Source of the DNA: Thaumarchaeota archaeon UBA223
Lineage (GTDB): Archaea; Thermoproteota; Nitrososphaeria; Nitrososphaerales; UBA57
Assembly (NCBI GenBank): GCA_002495905.1
Contig: DAHJ01000025.1
Location: 21,995-85,994 of the forward strand
Direction: 5' to 3'
Length of the DNA: 64,000 nucleotides
Shown here in pieces: positions 56,226-63,863 of this stretch (position 1 is the first letter of the stretch; every line of letters starts with the position of its first letter). Below the pieces are notes generated by a model. The model ran no database searches, was not told where the DNA came from, and saw only the letters and a list, made by a program, of their open reading frames with translations. The translations under genes were made by a program, and so were the position numbers.

Positions 56226-58325
56226 CTAACCACTAGCGCCAAATTTCCAGTTTCCACTTGTAATAAACATAGTAGCAGATATTGCTAGTATTATAAATGA
56301 TATAATTACCATAAGATAAGACAATGGACTGATTACTGTTTCGGTTTTAATTGTTTCAATTTCAGTAACTACCTCTTGAACTTGAGATGGAGCAGCTGGA
56401 GCAGCTGGATCTGCAGGAACAACAACTACCTCTTCGGAAATAGCAACAGATGATTCATCTCCTAATCCTAATGCAATCATTGCACCTGGAATTCCTGTTT
56501 GTCCCCAAGATGCAATAGACATACCGCCTGTTTGTACGAATACTTTCATATCTCCTTGACTATCTGCACCAAGTGTAGCTTGTGTCCAAAGACCAATTCC
56601 AAATGAACGTTTTGAAAGAAGTTCGCCAGTTTCAGAGTTCAATAGATACAGCCATCCATCACCGGATGGAACATATACAACTCCACCAGATACAGTTAAA
56701 CCACCTCTAAAACCTGCGCCGTCAATGAAGAATCTCCAAAGTTCTTCTCCGGTATCAGTATCTAAAGCATAAATTGACGAGTTAGTAGGATGACTTGTTG
56801 GAAGCATGACTAATTGATTGCCAAAGTCTTCTGGGTATTCCGGTGAAACAACAGTTACTGGCATGTTATAAGATCCCAAGTATAATCTTTCGCCATCATA
56901 GGCCATATCGGCTTCAAGGATACCAGCAAAATTTGCACTAGTGAATGATGTTTCTCCTACATGAGAAGTAGGCCATGCACGCTGTAAATCATCAATATTT
57001 TTTGGGTCTGGATAGGACATTCCAGGTTGAGGAAGCCAAGCATCTGGAGGATGATATATCCAGAATGGTTCTCCTGTAGCCGCATCGAGTGCGTACATAA
57101 ATCCATTCTTACATCCTTTGAATATAGCTTTCTTGCCTTCTACTTCACCAAGAATTGCATTCCAAGCACAATCGTAATCCCACATATCATGAGGTACGGT
57201 TTGATACCACCAGACAAACTCACCAGTTTTTGCATCAAGTGCTACGATAGCACTGCCATAAAGATTAACTCCAGGTCTTCTTAATGCATTAGGATATGGA
57301 CCACTTTCGCCAGTGCCAAGATAAACAAGACCAGTTTCTTGATCAATTAAATAATGACCCCAAACAGTAGCAACAGAACTAGCAGTATGAACCATTCCAC
57401 GTGAACTTTGTGGATTAATCCAGTCATTTTTAAGATTTTCTTCTGGAACTTCGTTACATGGAACTCCCAATCTACCAGTGTCTAACCACTCAGGAAATGA
57501 AAAGAAATAACCTATATTACAATGATGTAAAGCCCAATCTGGATCTCCTTCAGCAGGTGGCATCAAAAAGGTTTGCCAAATTCGTTTTGGATTATCCATA
57601 TCACTTACATCATAACCTGCAATGAATGAACGTCCTCCGTTACCTGAAGATCCCATAACAGGAACAACCATTATATCTTCATAGAATTGTGGAGGATGAG
57701 TTCCAATACTTGCATAGTAACCTTGATTTCCCCAAGCTTGAGCTTCTTCCTCAGTTCCACACATTTCCATTACGGAGAAAACAACATCTCCTAAAAGAGA
57801 ATCATGTCCGTCAACTTGACATGATTGAAGACTTGGTATAATTATTCCTTTATCATCATAATAATTTACTGCATGAGTGTGAGGTAACATTCCTTTAACA
57901 TGAGGATAGGTTTGTTGTAAAATATCATTATCGTATGCAACAACATTATTCCAGATTAAACTTCCACTAGCAGAATCGACCGCAACTAAAGCTCTTTGGT
58001 TTGTAGCAGAATAAGCTATACCGTCAACAATAAGAACTGGAGAACCTGAACCTGCATATGTCTTAGCGCCACCTATGGTTGGATAAGTAGTTGGAGGATA
58101 AGGATAAATCCATTTCATTTCTAAATTGTCGGCATTATCTCGATTAATTATTGATTGAGGATTATGACTACGGCCGTATTGACCATAATTAATCATGTCC
58201 CAATTGGACATTTCTCGAGTCAATTCTTGGCCAGAAGCAGTAATAGGATTATCGTCAAAATTTAGAGGAAATGCAATAGATGCAATTAATAAAATGAATA
58301 ATACGAATAGTTGAATTTGTCTCAC
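56226..58325 (-). CDS. PQQ-type quinoprotein dehydrogenase homologue, paralogue E
   Basis: 699 aa, GTG start. NWDMINYGQYGRSHNPQSIINRDNADNLEMKWIYPYP. HDMWDYDCAWN. Tail ISPLSYLMVIISFIILAISATMFITSGNWKFGASG. Confidence 0.8.
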   Translation of the reverse strand: MRQIQLFVLFILLIASIAFPLNFDDNPITASGQELTREMSNWDMINYGQYGRSHNPQSIINRDNADNLEMKWIYPYPPTTYPTIGGAKTYAGSGSPVLIVDGIAYSATNQRALVAVDSASGSLIWNNVVAYDNDILQQTYPHVKGMLPHTHAVNYYDDKGIIIPSLQSCQVDGHDSLLGDVVFSVMEMCGTEEEAQAWGNQGYYASIGTHPPQFYEDIMVVPVMGSSGNGGRSFIAGYDVSDMDNPKRIWQTFLMPPAEGDPDWALHHCNIGYFFSFPEWLDTGRLGVPCNEVPEENLKNDWINPQSSRGMVHTASSVATVWGHYLIDQETGLVYLGTGESGPYPNALRRPGVNLYGSAIVALDAKTGEFVWWYQTVPHDMWDYDCAWNAILGEVEGKKAIFKGCKNGFMYALDAATGEPFWIYHPPDAWLPQPGMSYPDPKNIDDLQRAWPTSHVGETSFTSANFAGILEADMAYDGERLYLGSYNMPVTVVSPEYPEDFGNQLVMLPTSHPTNSSIYALDTDTGEELWRFFIDGAGFRGGLTVSGGVVYVPSGDGWLYLLNSETGELLSKRSFGIGLWTQATLGADSQGDMKVFVQTGGMSIASWGQTGIPGAMIALGLGDESSVAISEEVVVVPADPAAPAAPSQVQEVVTEIETIKTETVISPLSYLMVIISFIILAISATMFITSGNWKFGASG

Positions 58326-58469
58326 GAAATGAATTGTTCAAAGTTATTAATATGGTTTTATCAGAAAATTAAAATTTCATATATAAATATGTCTAAAGAT
58401 TGTTCAGATATGGGTATTAACGGAAGTATATCAAAGACTATATATCATGATAATATTTACTAGTAAATA

Positions 58470-59120
58470 TTGGAGTCAAAAAAAGGAAATTTTAATTTTC
58501 CAATCATTATAATTATTTTTGCAGTAGCAATTGGAATACTATTTTTATTCAATACTCCAGCACCTGTAGAACTAAATGTAGAAGAAAATATTGAAGATAT
58601 AGAGGAAAAAGAAGAAAATGTAAAAGAAGAAGATGTAAAAGTAGAAGAAATTGAAATAAATCCAGATATTCCAGTTGTTGAACCTGAGTTGCCAGAAATA
58701 GTAGAAGAAATAATACAAGAAGAAGTAAGAAGAATTAATGAAGATTGTCCATTTGGTAAAGAATTAAGAAGTACACCTGAGAATCCAATGACTTATACTT
58801 GTAAATTAATAACTCTCGAAAATGGGGGACAGTTTGGAGATGTAAGATTGTCAATAAATAATGGAGAGTTTGAGCAGCCAGAGATTCAAGTAAAAAAAGG
58901 TACTACAGTGACATGGGTGATGAGAGATAAAACAGCAGGTGCTGGAGGAGATGTTCCATATCATCAAGTATCTTCAATAGACGGGTTATTTGATTCTGGA
59001 GAATTATTTGTATCAGGGGAGAATAAATTCAGTTATGTATTTGACGAAGTTGGAGAATTCGAATATAATTGTCCGCCACATCCTTGGATGGTTGGCAAAA
59101 TTATTGTCGTAGATGAATAA
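58470..59120 (+). CDS. membrane-tethered type-1 copper protein (amicyanin-like cupredoxin), second copy
   Basis: 216 aa. N-terminal TM helix, long acidic linker, and a cupredoxin with YHQ...YNCPPHPWMVGKIIVVDE (Cys-x2-His-x2-Met). Confidence 0.82.
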   Translation: MESKKGNFNFPIIIIIFAVAIGILFLFNTPAPVELNVEENIEDIEEKEENVKEEDVKVEEIEINPDIPVVEPELPEIVEEIIQEEVRRINEDCPFGKELRSTPENPMTYTCKLITLENGGQFGDVRLSINNGEFEQPEIQVKKGTTVTWVMRDKTAGAGGDVPYHQVSSIDGLFDSGELFVSGENKFSYVFDEVGEFEYNCPPHPWMVGKIIVVDE

Positions 59121-59180
59121 TTTTTAAAAAAAAATAAGAAACATACTAAGTATAATTAAGTTATAAAATACATTTTTTGG

Positions 59181-59213
59181 AAAAAAAAGAGTGGTTGTCC
59201 CCGAAGGGACAAC
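59181..59213 (-). terminator. second copy of the GTTGTCCC-UUCG-GGGACAAC hairpin plus T8, right after the PQQ-F stop
   Basis: Stem-loop at 59194-59213, A-run at 59181-59188. It also sits between convergent 3' ends (cupredoxin on +, PQQ-F on -). Confidence 0.7.
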
Positions 59214-59220
59214 TAAATTA

Positions 59221-61476
59221 CTAAGTAGATCCTGCCTTTGAGCGTTGGAATAGAACGCCAGCTACTACAATAAGAACTACACCAAGTCCAATAGCTACAT
59301 AAGATACTGGGCTGATTACTTCTTCAGTAGTAACAACTTCGACTTCTTTTTCAACGACTGTTTCTACAGGTACTTCGACTTCAACGACGACTTCTTTTTC
59401 TACTTCAACTTCGACTACGTTTTCAATTTCGACTACTCTTTCGACTTCGACTTCGACTTCTTCAATAATAGTCTCAACATCTGGTAGTACGTCTGGTAGA
59501 CCAAGTGCGACGAGTGAACCCTCAGTTGCAGTGTTTCCATATACGAAACCACCACCACCACCTACGTGGATAAAGATCTTGTGTTTACCGTCAGAGTCTG
59601 CGCCAATTGTTGGCATTACACTAACAGGTACACCGAAGAATCTCTTGTGAACTAGTTCACCAGTGTTTGCATCGAATATGTATAGATTTCCGTCACCGGC
59701 ATATCCATATACAGCTGAACCTGTGGCCATTAATCCACCACGGAAACCTACATCAGGAATGAATGCACTCCAGTCAGCTTCGCCTGTGTTGACGTTAACT
59801 GCATAGATTGTAGTATTAACAGGATGACCGCTTGCTTGGATGTTACTAGCTTGGTTGCCAAAGTCGACAACGTTACCAGTTGTTGTCCAACGTGGATCAT
59901 TGTAATTTGCAACGAATATGTATTTGCCGTTGTAAGCCATATCAGCTTCGAGTGCTCCTGCTAACCATGGATTCCAGAGTGCTGGTGATGGATCAGGTGC
60001 GTTCAACCAATCTTTGTTCATGTGTTCAAATGTCATACGACAACATGCGTCAGGATGGTTTGGATCACCATCAGGTCCAACTCCATAGTTTGTACCAGGT
60101 GCAGTTCTCCAAGTTGTTGGAGCTTCCCATACCCATACAGGTTCACCAGTGGCTGCATTCAATGCATATGCCATTCCGTTCTTACAACCTTTGATTAAGA
60201 CTTTAGTTCCTTGAGCTTTGGCCATTATGCCACCCCATGAACAGTCCCAATCCCATAAGTCGTGAGGATTAGAATGGAACCACCATTGGATTTTACCAGT
60301 ATCTACTTTGAGTGCAACGATAGCACTACCAAAGAGGTTAGGTCCAAATCTGTATGATGCATTACTATAAGGTCCTACATCTCCAGTTCCGATATATACT
60401 AAACCAAGTTCCTCGTCAATTGGGAAATTACCCCAAACTACTGACATTGCGCTAGCAGTGTGGACTTCTCCGAAATGAGGAGTTCCTTCTTTCATGTTAA
60501 TCCAGTCGTTTTCAACTGCTTCGTCTGGAACTTCAGTACAGTTTACTGCAAGTTTTCCAGTGTCAAAGAAGTCAGGTGCAGAGAAGTACCAACCATTGCC
60601 GTTTGCTTCTGTACAAGCGTCAATAGCCCAGTTTTTCTGTGTACCACGATTATCTGGCATTAACCAAGTATTCCATAATTCAACAGGGTTACTTGGATCA
60701 GTCATGTCAAATGCTTTAACAGAAGATCTTCCTCCTCCGCCACTAGCACCCATGATTGGCCAAATCATTGTATTACCGCTAAATGCAGGTGGGTGATTTG
60801 ATTGTCCTGAAATTCTACCTTTGCTTCCTAAAGTTCCGATGATTCCTTCATCAGGATTTCCGTATTCAGCTACGGTACCACAAAGGTCTTCAACTCCAAG
60901 TTTCCATGCCAAGCTACCATCAGCTGCATTCCATCCGCTAAGTAGACAAGGTTGACTACTGGTAATTAACCATCCGCTATCACCAAACTGTCTATAATAG
61001 TTTATTGCGTGAGTATGTCCCCATGCACTTTGGAAGAATGGGTATTCTGCAGTAATAGCAGGTCCATCCCATAAGTTTGCTGGTTCATCTGTAAAGTAAA
61101 CTTCTTCACCTGTTTTTGCATCAACAGCGTGTATTGCACGTGAGTTTTTACCTACATATGCAACACCGTCGACGATAAGAACTGGTGCGCTTGAACCAGC
61201 TTGGGAATTACCCCAAGAGAAGTCATTGGTTGGATAAGGAAACATCCATTTCATTTCCAGCCATTGAGCATTTTCATTATTTATTTCGAATTGTGGGCTA
61301 TAACTACCGCCAGTAGGCTGATAATTAATAAATTCCCAATTACCAGTTACAACTTTTGGTACACCACCACCGCCTGGAGGACCTCCAGGGTCAAATGCAT
61401 TAGCAACTAATGCAAATGAAGATAGTGCCAAAATTAAAGCAACTAGTAACCCAACTATAGTTAAGTGTCGAGTCAT
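59221..61476 (-). CDS. PQQ-type quinoprotein dehydrogenase homologue, paralogue F
   Basis: 751 aa. NWEFINYQPTGGSYSPQFEINNENAQWLEMKWMFPYP. HDLWDWDCSWG. A very long (E/V)n linker. Tail ISPVSYVAIGLGVVLIVVAGVLFQRSKAGST. Confidence 0.8.
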   Translation of the reverse strand: MTRHLTIVGLLVALILALSSFALVANAFDPGGPPGGGGVPKVVTGNWEFINYQPTGGSYSPQFEINNENAQWLEMKWMFPYPTNDFSWGNSQAGSSAPVLIVDGVAYVGKNSRAIHAVDAKTGEEVYFTDEPANLWDGPAITAEYPFFQSAWGHTHAINYYRQFGDSGWLITSSQPCLLSGWNAADGSLAWKLGVEDLCGTVAEYGNPDEGIIGTLGSKGRISGQSNHPPAFSGNTMIWPIMGASGGGGRSSVKAFDMTDPSNPVELWNTWLMPDNRGTQKNWAIDACTEANGNGWYFSAPDFFDTGKLAVNCTEVPDEAVENDWINMKEGTPHFGEVHTASAMSVVWGNFPIDEELGLVYIGTGDVGPYSNASYRFGPNLFGSAIVALKVDTGKIQWWFHSNPHDLWDWDCSWGGIMAKAQGTKVLIKGCKNGMAYALNAATGEPVWVWEAPTTWRTAPGTNYGVGPDGDPNHPDACCRMTFEHMNKDWLNAPDPSPALWNPWLAGALEADMAYNGKYIFVANYNDPRWTTTGNVVDFGNQASNIQASGHPVNTTIYAVNVNTGEADWSAFIPDVGFRGGLMATGSAVYGYAGDGNLYIFDANTGELVHKRFFGVPVSVMPTIGADSDGKHKIFIHVGGGGGFVYGNTATEGSLVALGLPDVLPDVETIIEEVEVEVERVVEIENVVEVEVEKEVVVEVEVPVETVVEKEVEVVTTEEVISPVSYVAIGLGVVLIVVAGVLFQRSKAGST

Positions 61477-61582
61477 GGCTGCAAATAATCAATTGTCGTA
61501 TATAAAATGGTTGTTGTAATAAAAATTTACGCAGTAGAGCATATCATAAAATTAATATTTTATTCATATATGATTATCATTA

Positions 61583-62056
61583 ATGAGTAAATGGACTTTA
61601 CTAGGAATCTTCATTTTAATTTTATTGCCGGGAATAGATGCAACTAGTAAAGAAATTACCTCTATATCGGTAAAAGTTTCCAATACTAATTCACAAAATA
61701 ATGTTGTAGAGATTTCTGCAAATTTACAAAATAATAATGCAGAGCCAATTAGCGAACAGGTATTAGTTTTTTATATAAATGATCAAATATTTGCAAGTAA
61801 AATTACTAATGAAATAGGATCGTCAAATATTCAATTTCAAGCTTTGGATGAATTATACAAAGTGGAGATAAAATTTGAAGGATCGGAACTTTATCATGAA
61901 TCAATAAGTGAAATAGTAATTATTGAAAAAACAAATCAAGAAAACACAAGTGAACAGAACATTCCAAGTGAGTTGTTAATTATAGTATCAATACTTACTC
62001 TAGGAATTGTAGGGTCAGGAATATTATATTATCTAAATAAAATCTCGAAGAATTAA
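61583..62056 (+). CDS. small secreted beta-rich (Ig-like?) protein with C-terminal TM anchor
   Basis: 157 aa. Signal peptide, about 100-aa beta-strand-rich region, and C-terminal LLIIVSILTLGIVGSGILYYLNK. Confidence 0.45.
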   Translation: MSKWTLLGIFILILLPGIDATSKEITSISVKVSNTNSQNNVVEISANLQNNNAEPISEQVLVFYINDQIFASKITNEIGSSNIQFQALDELYKVEIKFEGSELYHESISEIVIIEKTNQENTSEQNIPSELLIIVSILTLGIVGSGILYYLNKISKN

Positions 62057-62889
62057 GTAGATGCGTCTTGTCTGTTAAAGAGAATAAATGAAATAGCAAC
62101 TGGTACAATAACCCATAAGAGAAGTACAGCAGTAAGAATTCGAGATGCAGTAATTGAACCATAATTCTGTAACAAGTAAGCTGCTTGTGGACCAAGTTCA
62201 CCTCGTAAAGGACTTTCTGCCATATGCATTAATGCAAGTATTCTAGTAGTTTCAACTGGGTTTGCTAAAGTAAGAGGTATCAACAATGAATCAGCATCTA
62301 GCGCTACAGTAATTACACCTAAGAAACCACTATCATAGATTACAACTAAAACGAACCAAAGGAATAAACCTGTACCAATAGCTGCTGCACGAGTTTTTAC
62401 AGAAACTGAAACAATAAATCCCAAACCAACTGCTGCTCCAGCAAGTAATAATGAATATGCTAAAGCGAAAAGGAATGATGCAATAAACTCTGGATTGGTA
62501 GAATAAACAATCAACTCTGCACCTCCATATCCAAGAAACATAGCCAAGGTAAGAGAAGTTACAAGTCCAACATATTTACCAAAGAATACTTCAACTTTGG
62601 TAGCAGGTTGTGCAAGAAGATATTCCATAGTTCCTACTTCTCGTTCGCCCGCTATAGTAGTAGAAGACATAGCTAGAGATACTAAAGGAACAAGTGGTAC
62701 GGCAAGCGTAACAAGAGTTCCGACAACCATGCCCGGATAATCACTAGGTAGTAATCCACCGGCACCCAGAATAATATAAGGTACACCAAGTGCTAGAAAG
62801 AAGAAGGTTACACCAAATGTGATAAGCCATTTGCTTTGGAGTGAATCCTTTAGTTCTTTTCTTAAAATCATAACAAATGGGCTAGTCAT
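62053..62889 (-). CDS. ABC-2 type transporter permease (NosY/COG1277-like)
   Basis: 278 aa with 6 TM segments. Its start overlaps the ATPase stop by 1 nt. Confidence 0.7.
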   Translation of the reverse strand: MTSPFVMILRKELKDSLQSKWLITFGVTFFFLALGVPYIILGAGGLLPSDYPGMVVGTLVTLAVPLVPLVSLAMSSTTIAGEREVGTMEYLLAQPATKVEVFFGKYVGLVTSLTLAMFLGYGGAELIVYSTNPEFIASFLFALAYSLLLAGAAVGLGFIVSVSVKTRAAAIGTGLFLWFVLVVIYDSGFLGVITVALDADSLLIPLTLANPVETTRILALMHMAESPLRGELGPQAAYLLQNYGSITASRILTAVLLLWVIVPVAISFILFNRQDAST

Positions 62890-63812
62890 TAGTTTTCTTC
62901 TCCAGATGTAATTTTCTTAAATGCGTCCTCAAGATTAGGTTCTTCAATTTTGAAATCAGTAATTTCACAACTTTTTTCTCTTAAATTATTAAGAATAGAG
63001 ACTTTTTTAGACGGATCTATTCTCATTTCATACCAATTTCCTTTAACTTGAATATCATTTGCTCCTGCTTTCTCTAGTGCGGAAATTGCATCTTGTTCCT
63101 TTGAGTTATCAGGAATTTCTACAAACATTTGAGATGTCAAATCTAATTGTTTAAACAAATCAGCTACAGATGATTTAATAACTAATTTGCCTTTATTTAG
63201 TAACATAATTTTTTCAGCAATATGATCAACGTCACCCAACAAGTGAGTTGTAAGTACAACAGTTTTACCTTCCTTAACAAGTAAACTAATAAGATTTCGG
63301 AATTCAACCTGACGATTAACATCAAGATTTGCAGTTGGTTCGTCGAGAAGAAGAACAGGAGGGTCAGAAAGTAGTGCAACTGCAAGCATAAGTCTTTGTT
63401 GCATTCCTCCAGATAAAGCACCGACAGGTTGTCGAGCCCATAATTCAAGACCGACGAATTCAAGAAGTTCACGAAGACGCGAACGTTTTACATCACGCAT
63501 ATCTCCAAAATATCTTAATGATTCTTGTACAGTCATATCATTGTATAAGGTTGGATGTTGAGGAACATATCCAATTTGATACTTTGCTTTCTTAGGATCT
63601 TTTTGTATATCATAACCATCAATTTTTATTTGTCCATCAAATTGTTTCAATCCTAAAAGACATTTTAAGAAAGTAGTTTTACCTGCACCATTTGGTCCCA
63701 ATAATGCCCAGACACCACCACGTTCAACTTGAAGTGATAAATCTTCAAGAGCTTTAAAGTCACCATATTGCTTAGTGACATTAACGGCATCTACAATAAT
63801 ATTTGTTGACAT
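62889..63812 (-). CDS. ABC transporter ATP-binding protein (ABC-2/NosF/CcmA-like)
   Basis: 307 aa. Walker A GPNGAGKT, signature LSGGMQQR, Walker B LLLDEPT. Confidence 0.9.
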   Translation of the reverse strand: MSTNIIVDAVNVTKQYGDFKALEDLSLQVERGGVWALLGPNGAGKTTFLKCLLGLKQFDGQIKIDGYDIQKDPKKAKYQIGYVPQHPTLYNDMTVQESLRYFGDMRDVKRSRLRELLEFVGLELWARQPVGALSGGMQQRLMLAVALLSDPPVLLLDEPTANLDVNRQVEFRNLISLLVKEGKTVVLTTHLLGDVDHIAEKIMLLNKGKLVIKSSVADLFKQLDLTSQMFVEIPDNSKEQDAISALEKAGANDIQVKGNWYEMRIDPSKKVSILNNLREKSCEITDFKIEEPNLEDAFKKITSGEEN

Positions 63813-63863
63813 AAATCTCCCCTAAGAATGCAGCAAGGTTGAAACTATTAAGCATTTGGTTTT

